Part shown: one piece after another, positions 1-12,500 of the stretch | Numbering within the stretch: position 1 is the stretch's first letter | Layout: each line of letters starts with the position of its first letter | NCBI GenBank assembly: GCA_964016885.1 | Contig: OZ024742.1 | Coordinates: 338,954,001-339,018,000 of the forward strand | From: Eledone cirrhosa | Lineage: Eukaryota | DNA: 64,000 bases | Reading direction: 5' to 3' | Position numbers and translations under genes: made by a program | Notes under the pieces: generated by a model | What the model was told of the DNA's origin: nothing | Databases searched by the model: none | What the model saw: only the letters and a program-made list of their open reading frames with translations

Positions 1-3000
1 TGTTTTATATGGTGTCCTAATGATAAGGTCTGTAGTAGTCCCATGTTTTATAGTGTCCTAATGATAAGGTCTGTAGTAGTCCCATGTTTTATGGTGTCCT
101 AATGATAAGGTCTCTAGTATTATCATGTTTTATGGTGTCCTAATGATAAGGTCTCCAGTAGTCCCATGTTTTATGGTGACCTAATGATAAGGGCCCTAGT
201 AGTATTATGTTTTATAGGGTGTTCTAATGATAAGGTCTGTAGTAGTCCCATGTTTTATTGTGTCATAATGATAAGGTTTCTAGTAGTCCCATGTTTTATG
301 GTGTCCTAATGATAAGGTTTCTAGTAGTCCCATGTTTTATGGGTCCTAATGCGAAGCTTTCTAGTAGTCCCATGTTTTATGCTGTCCTAATGATAGGGTC
401 TCTAGTAGTCTCATGTTTTATGGTGTTCTAATGATAAGGTCTGTAGTAGTCCCATGATTTATCGTGTCCTAATGATGAGGTTTCTAGTAGTCCCATGTTT
501 TATGCTGTCTTAATGATAAGGTTTCTAGTAGTCCCATGTTTTATAGTGTCCTAATGATAAGCTCTCTAGTAATCCCATGTTTTATAGTGTCCTAATGATA
601 AGGTTTCTAGTAGTATCAAGTTTTATGGTGTCCTAATGATAAGGTTTCTAGTAGTCCCATGTTTTATGTCCTTAATGATAGGGTCTCTAGTAGTCCCATG
701 TTTTATGGGTCCTAATGATAAGGTCCCTAGTAGTATCATGTTTTATGGTGTCCTAATGATAAGGTCTCTAGTAGTTCCATGTTTTATGGTGCCATAAAGA
801 TAAGGTCTCTAATAGTCCCATGTTTTATGGCGTCCTAATGATAACGTCCCTAGTAGTATCATGTTTTATATGGTGTCCTAATGATAAGGTCTCTAGTAGT
901 CCCATGTTTTGTGGTGTCCTAATGATAAGGTCCCTAGTAGTATCATGTTTTATAGGGTGTCCTAATGATAAAGTTTCTAGTAGTCCCATGTTTTATGGTG
1001 TCCTAATGATAAGGTTTCTAGTAGTCCCATGTTTTATGGTGTCCTAATGATAGGGTCTCTAGTAGTATCAAGTTTTATGGTGTCCTAATGATAAGGTCTC
1101 TAGTCGTATCACGTTGTATGGTGTCCTAATGATAAGGTCTCTAGTAGTCCCATGTTTTATGGTGTCTTAATGATAAGGTCTCTCGTATTATCATGTTTTA
1201 TGGTGTCCTAATGATAAGGTCTCTAATAGTCCCATGTTTTATGGTGTCCTAATGATAAGGTCCCTAGTAGTATCATGTTTTATATGGTGTTCTAATGATA
1301 AGGTCTGTAGTAGTCCCATGTTTTATGGTGTCCTAATGATAATGTTTCTAGTAGTCCCATGTTTTATGGTGTCCTAATGATAAGCTTTCTAGTAGTCCCA
1401 TGTTTTATGGTGTCCTAATGATAAGGTTTCTAGTAGTCCCATGTTTTATGCTGTCCTAATGATAGGGTCTCTAGTAGTCCCATATTTTATGGTGACCTAA
1501 TGATAAGGTCTCTGGTAGTCCCATGATTTATGGTGTCCTAATGATAAAGTCCCTAGTAGTATCATGTTTTATATGGTGTTCTAATGATAAGGTCTGTAGT
1601 AGTCCCATGATTTATGGTGTCCTAATGATGGGGTCTCTAGTAGTATCAAGTTTTATGGTGTCCTAATGATAAGGTCTCTAGTGGTATCATGTTTTATGGT
1701 GTCCTAATGATAAGGTTTCTAGTAGTCCCATGTTTTATGGTGTGCTAATGAAAAGGTCCCTTGTAGTATTATGTTTTATAGGGTGTTCTAATGATAAGGT
1801 CTGTAGTAGTCCCATGTTTTATGGTGTCCTAATGATAAGGTTTCTAGTAGTCCCATGTTCTATGGTGTCCTAATGATGAGGTTTCTAGTAGTCCCATGTT
1901 TTATGGTGTCCTATGATAAGGTTTCTAGTAGTCCCATGTTTTATGCTGTCCTAATGATAAGGTCTCTAGTAGTCCCATTTTTTATGGTGTTATAATGGTA
2001 AGGTCTGTAGTAGTCCCATGTTTTATAGTGTCCTAATGATAAGGTTTCTAGTAGTCCCATGTTTTATGGTGTCCTAATGATAAGGTCTCTAGTATTCCCA
2101 TGTTTTAAGGTGTCCTAATGATAAGGTCCCTAGTAGTATCATGATTTATATGGTGTTCTAATGATAACGTCTGTAGTAGTCCCATGTTTATGGTGTCCTA
2201 ATGATAAGGTTTCTAGTAGTCCCATGTTTTATGGGTTCCTAATGATAAGGTTTCTAGTAGTCCCATGTTTTATGCTGTCCTAATGATAGGGTCTCTAGTA
2301 GTCCCATGTCTTATGGTGTTCTAATGATAAGGTCCCTAGTAGTCCCATGATTTATGGTGTCCTAATGATAAGGTTTCCAGTAGTCCCATGTTTTATGTCC
2401 TAATGATAGGGTCTCTAGTAGTCCCATGTGTTATGGTGTTCTAATGATAAGGTCCCTAGTAGTATCATCTTTTATATGGTGTCCTAATGATAAGGTCTGT
2501 AGTAGACCCATGTTTTATGGTGTCCTAATCATAGGGTCTTTAGTAGTCCCATGTTTTATGGTGTCCAAATGATAAGGTCTCTAGTAGTATCAAGTTTTAT
2601 GGTGTCCTAATGATAAGGTCTCTAGTGGTATCATGTTTTATGGTGTCCTAATGATAAGGTCTCTAGTAGTCCCATGTTTTATGGTCTCCTAATGATAAGG
2701 TCTCTAGTAGTCCCATGTTTTATGGTGTCCTAATGATAAGGTCTCTAGTATTATCATGTTTTATGGTGTCGTTATGATAAGGTCTCTAATAGTCCTATGT
2801 TTTATGGCGTCCTTATGATAAGGTCTCGAGTAGTATCATGTTTTTTATGGTGTCCTAATGATAAGGTCTCCAGCAGTCCCATATTTTATGGTGTCCTAAT
2901 GATAAGGTCCCTAGTAGTATCATGTTTTATAGGGTGTTCTAATGATAAGGTCTGTAGTAGTCCCATGTTTTATGGTGTCCTAATGATAAGGTTTCTTGTA

Positions 3001-6000
3001 GTCCCATGTTTTATGGTGTCCTAATGATAAGGTTTCTAGTAGTCCCATGTTTTATGGTTTTCTAATGATAAGGTACCTAGTAGTCCCATATTTTATGGTG
3101 TCCTAATGATAAGGTCCCTAGTAGTATCATGTTTTATATTGTGTCCTAATGATAAGGTCTCTAGTAGTCCCATGTTTTATGGTGTGCTAATGATAAGGTC
3201 ACTAATAGTCCCATGTTTTATGGTGTCCTAATAATAAGGTCTCTAGTAGTCCTATTTTTATAGTGCCCTAATGATAAGGTTTCTAGTAGTCCCATGATTT
3301 ATAGTGTCCTAATGATAAGGTCTCTAATAATCCCATGTTTTATAGTGTCCTAATGATAAGGTCTCTAGTAGTATCAAGTTTTATGGTGTCCTAATGATAA
3401 GGTTTCTAGTAGTCCCATGTTTTATGTCCTTAATGATAGGGTCTCTAGTAGTCCCATGTTTTATGGTGTCCTAATGATAAGGTCCCTAGTAGTATCATGT
3501 TTTATGGTGTCCTAATGATAAGGTCTCTAGTTGTTCCATGTTTTATGGTGCACTAAAGATAAGGTCTCTAATAGTCCCATGTTTAATGGCGTCTAAATGA
3601 TAAGGTCCCTAGTAGTATCATGTTTTATATGGTGTTCTAATGATAAGGTCTGTAGTAGTCCCATGTTTTATGGTCTTCCTAATGATAAGGTTTCTTGTAG
3701 TCCCATGTTTTATGGTATCCTAATGATAAGGTTTCTAGTAGTCACATGTTTTATGGTGTCCTAATGATAAGGTTTCTAGTAGCTCCATGTTTTATGGTGT
3801 CCTAATGATTAGGTTTCTATTAGTCCCATGTTTTATGGTGTCCTAATGATAAGGTTTCTAGTAGTCCCATGTTTTATGGTGTCCTAATGATAGGATCTGT
3901 AGTCGTCCCATGTTTTATGGTGTTCTAATGATTAGGTCCCTAGTAGTCCCATATTTTATGGTGTCCTAATGATAATGTCCCTTGTAGTATCATGTTTTAT
4001 ATTGTGTCCTAATGATAAGGTCTCTAGTAGTCGCATGTTTTATAGTGTCGTAATGATAAGGTCTCTAATAGTCCCATGTTTTATGGTGTCCTAATGATAA
4101 GGTCACTAGTAGTCCCATGTTTTATGGTGTCTTAATGATAAGGTCTCTAGTAGTCCTATTTTTTATAGTGCCCTAATGATAAGGTTTCTAGTAGTCCCAT
4201 GTTTTATAGTGTCCTAATGATGAGGTCTCTAATAATCCCATGTTTTATAGTGTCCTAATGATAAGGTCTCTAGTAGTATCAAGTTTTATGGTGTCCTAAT
4301 GATAAGGTTTCTAGAAGTCCCATGTTTTATGTCCTTAATGATAGGGTCTCTAGTTGTCCCATGTTTTATGGTGTCCTAATGATAAGGTCCCTAGTAGTAT
4401 CATGTTTTATGGTGTCCTAATGATAAGGTCTCTAGTAGTTCCATGTTTTATGGTGCCCTAAAGATAAGGTCTCTAATAGTACCATGATTTATGGCGTCCT
4501 AATGATAAGGTCCCTAGTAGTATCATGTTTTATATGGTGTCCTAATCATAAGGTCTCCAGTAGTCCCATGTTTTGTGGTGTCCTAATGATAAGGTCCCTA
4601 GAAGTATCATATTTTATAGGGTGTTCTAATTATAAGGTCTGTAGTAGTCCCATGTTTTATGGTCTTCCCAATGATAAGGTTTCTTGTAGTCCCATGTTTT
4701 ATGGTATCCTAATGATAAGGTTTCTAGTAGTCCCATGTTTTATGCTGTCCTAATGATAAGGTTTCTAGTGGTCCCATGTTTTATGGTGTCCTACTGATAA
4801 GGTCTCCATTAGTCCCATGTTTTATGGTGTCTTAATGATAAGGTTTCTAGTAGTCCCATGTTTTATGGTGTCCTAATGATAGGGTCTGTAGTCGTCCCAT
4901 GTTTTATGGTGTCCTAATGATAAGGTCTCTAGTAGTATCACGTTTTATGGGGTCCTAACGATAAGTTCCCTAGTAGTCCCATATTTTAAGGTGTCCAAAT
5001 GATAAGGTCACTAGTAGTATCATGTTTTATATGGTGTCCTAATGATAAAGTTTCTAGTAGTCCCATGTTTTATGGTATCCTAATGATAAGGTTTCTAGTA
5101 GTGCCATGTTTTATGCTGTCCTAATGATAAGGTTTCTAGTAGTCCCATGTTTTATGGTGTCCTAATGATAAGGTGCCTACAAGTATCATGTTTTATATGG
5201 TGTCCTAATGATAAGGTCTGTAGTAGTCCCATGTTTTATAGTGTCCTAATGATAAGGTCTGTAGTAGTCCCATGTTTTATGGTGTCCTAATGATAAGGTC
5301 TCTAGTAGTCCCATATTTTATGGTGTCTTAATGATAAGGTCTCTAGTATTATCATGTTTTATGGTGTCCTAATGATAAGGTCTCCAGTAGTCCCATGTTT
5401 TATGGTGACCTAATGATAAGGGCCCTAGTAGTATTATGTTTTATAGGGTGTTCTAATGATAAGGTCTGTAGTAGTCCCATGTTTTATGGTGTCATAATGA
5501 TAAGGTTTCTAGTAGTCCCATGTTTTATGGTGTCCTAATGATAAGGTTTCTAGTAGTCCCATGTTTTATGGGTCCTAATGCGAAGCTTTCTAGTAGTCCC
5601 ATGTTTTATGCTGTCCTAATGATAGGGTCTCTAGTAGTCTCATGTTTTATGGTGTTCTAATGATAAGGTCTGTAGTAGTCCCATGTTTTATCGTGTCCTA
5701 ATGATGAGGTTTCTAGTAGTCCCATGTTTTATGCTGTCTTAATGATAAGTTTTCTAGTACTCCCATGTTTTTTATGGTGTCCTAATAATAAGGTCTGTAG
5801 TAGTCCCATGATTTATGGTGTCCTAATGATAAGGTTTCTAGTAGTCCCATGTTTTATAGTGTCCTAATGATAAGCTCTCTAGTAATCCCATGTTTTATAG
5901 TGTCCTAATGATAAGGTTTCTAGTAGTATCAAGTTTTATGGTGTCCTAATGATAAGGTTTCTAGTAGTCCCATGTTTTATGTCCTTAATGATAGGGTCTC

Positions 6001-6545
6001 TAGTAGTCCCATGTTTTATGGGTCCTAATGATAAGGTCCCTAGTAGTATCATGTTTTATGGTGTCCTAATGATAAGGTCTCTAGTAGTTCCATGTTTTAT
6101 GGTGCCCTAAAGATAAGGTCTCTAATAGTCCCATGTTTTATGGCGTCCTAATGATAAGGTCCCTAGTAGTATCATGTTTTATATGGTGTCCTAATGATAA
6201 GGCCTCTAGTAGTCCCATGTTTTGTGGTGTCCTAATGATAAGGTCCCTAGTAGTATCATGTTTTATAGGGTGTCCTAATGATAAAGTTTCTAGTAGTCCC
6301 ATGTTTTATGGTGTCCTAATGATAAGGTTTCTAGTAGTCCCATGTTTTATGGTGTCCTAATGATAGGGTCTCTAGTAGTATCAAGTTTTATGGTGTCCTA
6401 ATGATAAGGTTTCTAGTCGTATCACGTTGTATGGTGTCCTAATGATAAGGTCTCTAGTAGTCCCATGTTTTATGGTGTCTTAATGATAAGGTCTCTCGTA
6501 TTATCATGTTTTATGGTGTCCTAATGATAAGGTCTCTAATAATCC
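1..6545 (+). repeat. Dispersed block duplication within the array: ~1-1230 is copied at ~5190-6545
   Basis: The rare variants GGGCCCTAGTAGTATTATG (191 / 5420) and AATGCGAAGCTTTC (351 / 5580) are offset by 5229 bp. The offset rises to 5313 bp (+84, i.e. one 41-bp plus one 43-bp monomer) for the ORF-track landmarks 820 / 6133. Confidence 0.85.
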
Positions 6546-9500
6546 CATGTTTTATGGCGTCCTATTGATAAGGTCCCCAGCAGTATCATGTTTTATATGG
6601 TGTCCTAATGATAAGGTCTCCAGTAGTCCATGTTTTCTGGTGTCATAATGATAAGGTTTCTAGTAGTCCCATGTTTTATGGTGTCCCAATGATAAGGTTT
6701 CTATTAGTCCCATGCTTTATGGTGTCCTAATGCTAAGGTTTCTAGTAGTCCCATGTTTTATGCTGTCCTAATGATAGGGTCTCTAGTAGTCCCATGTTTT
6801 ATGGTGTTCTAATGATAAGGTCTGTAGTAGTCCCATGTTTTATGGTGTCCTAATGATGAGGTTTCTAGTAGTCCCATGTTTTATGGGGTCATAATGATAA
6901 GTTTTCTAGTACTCCCATGTTTTATATGGTGTCCTAATAATAAGGTCTGTAGTAGTCCCATGATTCATCGTGTCCTAATGATAAGGTTTCTAGTAGTGCC
7001 ATGTTTTATGGTGTCCTAATGATAGGGTCTCTAGTAGTCCCATGTTTTATGGTGTCCTAATGATAAGGTCCCTAGTATTATCATGTTTTATATGGTGTTC
7101 TAATGATAAGGTCTGTAGTAGTCCCATGTTTTATGGTGTCCTAATGATAAGGTTTCTAGTAGTCCCATGTTTTATGGTGTCCTAATGATAAGATTTCTAG
7201 TAGTCCCATATTTTATGGTGTCCTAATGATAAGGTTTCTAGTAGTCCCATGTTTTATGCTGTCCTAACTATAGAGTCTCTAGTAGTCCCATGTTTTATGG
7301 TGTTCTAATGATAAGGTCCCTAGTAGTCCCATGTTTTATGGTTTCCTAATGATAAGGTTTCTAGTAGTCCCATGTTTTATATTGTGTCCTAATGATAAGG
7401 TCTGTAGTAGACCCATGTTTTATGGTGTCCTAATGATAAGGTTTCTAGTATTCCCATGTTTTATCTCCTAATGATAGGGTCTCTAGTAGTCCCATGTTTT
7501 ATGGGGTTCTAATGATAAGGTCCCTAGTAGTATCATCTTTTGTATGGTGTCCTAATGATAACGTCTGTAGTAGTCCCATGTTTTATGGTGTCCTAATCAT
7601 AGGGTCTTTAGTAGTCCCATGTTATATGGTGTCTTAATGATAAGGTCTCCAGTAGTCCCATGTTTTATGGTGTCCTAATGATAAGGTCTCTAGTATTATC
7701 ATGTTTTATGGTGTCCTAATGATAAGGTCTCTAATAGTCCTATGCTTTATGGCGTCCTTATGATAAGGTCCCAAGTAGTATCATGTTTTATATGGTGTCC
7801 TAATGATAAGGTCTCCAGCAGTCCCATGTTTTATGGTGTCCTAATGATAAGGTCCCTAGTAGTATCATGTTTTATAGGGTGTTCTAATGATAAGGTCTGT
7901 AGTAGTGCCATGTTTTATGGTGTCCTAATGATAACGTTTCTTGTAGTCCCATGTTTTATGGTGTCCTAATGATAAGGTTTCTAGTAGTCCCATGTTTTAT
8001 GGTGTCCTAATGATAAGGTTTCTAGTAGTCCCATGTTTTATGGTGTCCTAATGATAGGATCTGTAGTCGTCCCATGTTTTATGGTGTTCTAATGATAAGG
8101 TCCCTAGTAGTATCATGTGTTATAGTGTCCTAATGATAAGGTCTCTAGTAGTATGAAGTTTTATGGTGTCCTAATGATAAGGTCCCTAGTAGTCCCATGT
8201 TTTATGGTGTCTTAATGATAAGGTCTATAGTAGTCCCATGTTTTATAGTCTCCTAATGATAAGGTCTCTAGTAGTCCCATGTGTTATAGTGTCCTAATGA
8301 TAAGGTCTCTAGTAATCCCATGTTTTATAGTGTCCTAATGATAAGGTATCTAGTAGTCCCATGTTTTATGGTGTCTTAATGATAAAGTCTATAGTAGTCC
8401 CATGTTTTATAGTCTCCTAATGATAAGGTCTCTAGTAGTCCCATGTGTTATAGTGTCCTAATGGTAAGGTCTCTAGTAATCCCATGTTTTATAGTCTCCT
8501 AATGATAAGGACTCTAGTAGTCCCATGTGTTATAGTGTCCTAATGATAAGGTCCCTAGTAGTATCATGTTTTATATGGTGTCCTAATGATAAGGTCTGTA
8601 GTAGTCCCATGTTTTATGGTGTCCTTATGATAAGGTTTCTAGTAGTCCCATGTTTTATGGTGTCCTAATGATAAGGTTTCTAGTAGTTCCATGTTTTATG
8701 GTGTCCTAATGATAAGGTCTCTAGTAGTCCCATGTGTTATAGTGTCCTAATGATAAGGTCTCTAGTTATCCCATGTTTTATAGTGTCCTAATGATAAGGT
8801 TTCTAGTAGTATCAAGTTTTATGGTGTCCTAATGATAAGGTTTCTAGTAGTCCCATGTTTTATGTCCTTAATGATAGGGTCTCTAGTAGTCCCATGTTTA
8901 TGGTGTCCTAATGATGAGGTTTCTAGTAGTCCCATGTTTTATGGTGTCATAATGTTAAGTTTTCTATTACTCCCATGTTTTATATGGTGTCCTAATAATA
9001 AGGTCTGTAGTAGTCCCATGATTTATGGTGTCCTAATGATAAGGTTTCTAGCAGTCCCATGTTTTATCGTGTCCTAATGATAAGCTCTCTAGTAATCCCA
9101 TGTTTTATAGTGTCCTAATGATAAGGTTTCTAGTAGTATCAAGTTTTATCCTAATGATAAGGTTTCTAGTAGTCCCATGTTATATATCCTTAATGATAGA
9201 GTCTCTAGTAGTCCCATGTTTTATGGTGTCCTAATGATAAGGTCCCTAGTAGTATCATGTTTTATGGTGTCCTAATGATAAGGTCTCTAATAGTTCCATG
9301 TTTCATGGTGCCCTAATGATAAGGTCCCTAGTAGTATCATCTTTTATATGGTGTCCTAATGATAAGGTTTCTAGTAGTCCCATGTTTTATGGTGTCCTAA
9401 TGATAGGGTCTGTAGAAGACCCATGTTTTATGGTGTCCTAATGATAAGGTTTCTAGTATTCCCATGTTTTATCTCCTAATGATAGGGTCTCTAGTAGTCC

Positions 9501-12500
9501 CATGTTTTATGGGGTTCTAATGATAAGGTCCCTAGTAGTATCATCTTTTGTATGGTGTCCTAATGATAAGGTCTGTAGTAGTCCCATGTTTTATGGTGTC
9601 CTAATCATAGGGTCTTTAGTAGTCCCATGTTTTATGGTGTCCAAATGATAAGGTCTCCAGTAGTCCCATGTTTTATGGTGTCCTAATGATAAGGTCTCTA
9701 GTATCATCATGTTTTATGGTGTCCTAATGATAAGGTCTCTAATAGTCCTATGTTTTATGGCGTCCTTATGATAAGGTCCCAAGTATTATCATGTTTTATA
9801 TGGTGTCCTAATGATAAGGTCTCCAGCAGTCCCATGTTTTATGGTGTCCTAATGATAAGGTCCCTAGTAGTATCATGTTTTATAGGGTGTTCTAATGATA
9901 AGGTCTGTAGTAGTGCCATGTTTTATGGTGTCCTAATGATAACGTTTCTTGTAGTCCCATGTTTTATGGTGTCCTAATGATAAGGTTTCTAGTAGTCCCA
10001 TGTTTTATGGTGTCCTAATGATAAGGTTTCTAGTAGTCCCATGTTTTATGGTGTCCTAATGATAGGATCTGTAGTCGTCCCATGTTTTATGGTGTTCTAA
10101 TGATAAGGTCCCTAGTAGTATCATGTTTTATATGGTGTCCTAATGATAAGGTCTGTAGTAGTCCCATGTTTTATGGTGTCCTAATGATAAGGTTTCTAGT
10201 AGTCCCATGTTTTATGATGTCCTAATGATAAGGTTTCTAGTAGTCCCATGTTTTATGGTGTCCTAATGATAGGATCTGTAGTCGTCCCATGTTTTATAGT
10301 GTCCTGATGATAAGGTCTCTAGTAATCCCATGTTTTATAGTGACCTAATGATAAGGTCTCTAGTAGTATCAAGTTTTATGGTGTCCTAATGATAAGGTCG
10401 CTAGTAGTCCCATGTTTTATGGTGTCTTAATGATAAGGTCTATAGTAGTCCCATGTTTTATAGTCTCCTAATGATAAGGTCTCTAGTAGTCCCATGTGTT
10501 ATAGTGTCCTAATGATAAGGTCCCTAGTAGTATCATGTTTTATATGGTGTCCTAATGATAAGGTCTGTAGTAGTCCCATGTTTTATGGTCTCCTAATGAT
10601 TAGGTCTCTAGTAGTCCCATGTGTTATAGTGTCCTAATGATAAGGTCCCTAGTAGTATCATGTTTTATATGGTGTCCTAATGATAAGGTCTGTAGTAGTC
10701 CCATGTTTTATGGTGTCCTAATGATAAGGTTTCTCGTAGTCCCATGTTTTATGGTGTCCTAATGATAAGGTTTCTAGTAGTCCCATGATTTATGGTGTCC
10801 TAATGATAGGATCTGTAGTCGTCCCATGTTTTATAGTGTCCTAATGATAAGGTCTCTAGTAATCCCATGTTTTATAGTGTCCTAATGATAAGGTCTCTAG
10901 TAGTATCAAGTTTTATGGTGTCCTAATGATAAGGTTCCTAGTAGTCCCATGTTTTATGGTGTCTTAATGATACGGTCTATAGTAGTCCCATGTTTTATAG
11001 TCTCCTAATGATAAGGTCTCTAGTAGTCCCATGTGTTATAGTGTCCTAATGATAAGGTCTCTAGTAATCCCATGTTTTATAGTGTCCTAATGATAAGGTC
11101 CCTAGTAGTCCCATGTTTTATGGTGTCTTAATGATAAGGTCTATAGTAGTCCCATGTTTTATAGTCTCCTAATGATAAGGTCTCTAGTAGTCCCATGTGT
11201 TATAGTGTCCTAATGATAAGGTCTCTAGTAATCCCATGTTTTATAGTGTCCTAATGATAAGGTTTCTAGTAGTATCAAGTTTTATCTTAATGATAAGGTT
11301 TCTAGTAGTCCCATGTTATATATCCTTAATGATAGGGTCTCTAGTAGTCCCATGTTTTATGGTGTCCTAATGATAAGGTCCCTAGAAGTATCATGTTTTA
11401 TGGTGTCCTAATGATAAGGTCTCTAGTAGTTCCATGTTTCATGGTGCCCTAATGATAAGGTCCCTAGTAGTATCATCTTTTATATGGTGTCCTAATGATA
11501 AGGTTTCTAGTAGTCCCATGTTTTATGGTGTCCTAATGATTGGGTCTCTAGTAGTCCCATGTTTTATGGTGTCCTAATCATAAGGTTTCTAGTAGTATCA
11601 TGTTTTAAGTGGTGTTCTAATGATAAGGACCCTAGTAGTATCATCTTTTATATGGTGTCCTAATGATAAGGTTTCTTGTAGTCCCATGTTTTATGGTGTC
11701 CTAATGATAGGGTCTCTAGTAGTCCCATGTTTTATGGTGTCCTAATGATAAGGTCCCTAGTATTATCATGTTTTATATGGTGTTCTAATGATAAGGTCTG
11801 TAGTAGTCCCATGTTTTATGGTGTCCTAATGATAAGGTTTCTAGTAGTCCCATGTTTTATGGTGTCCTAATGATAAGATTTCTAGTAGTCCCATATTTTA
11901 TGGTGTCCTAATGATAAGGTCTCTAGTAGTCTCATGTTTTATGGTGTTCTAATGATAAGGTTTGTAGTAGTCCCATGTTTTATCGTGTCCTAATGATGAG
12001 GTTTCTAGTAGTCCCATGTTTTATGGTGTCTTAATGATAAGTTTTCTAGTACTCCCATGTTTTTTATGGTGTCCTAATAATAAGGTCTGTAGTAGTCCCA
12101 TGATTTATGGTGTCCTAATGATAAGGTTTCTAGTAGTCCCATGTTTTATAGTGTCCTAATGATAAGGTCTCTAGTAATCCCATGTTTTATAGTGTCCTAA
12201 TGATATGCTTTCTAGTAGTATCAAGTTTTATGGTGTCCTAATGATAAGGTTACTAGTAGTCCCATGTTTTATGTCCTTAATGATAGGGTCTCTAGTAGTC
12301 CCATGTTTTATGGGTCCTAATGATAAGGTCCCTAGTAGTATCATGTTTTATGGTGTCCTAATGATAAGGTCTCTAGTAGTTCCATGTTTTATGGTGCCCT
12401 AAAGATAAGGTCTCTAATAGTCCCATGTTTTATGGCGTCCTAATGATAAGGTCCCTAGTAGTATCATGTTTTATATGGTGTCCTAATGATAAGGTCTCTA

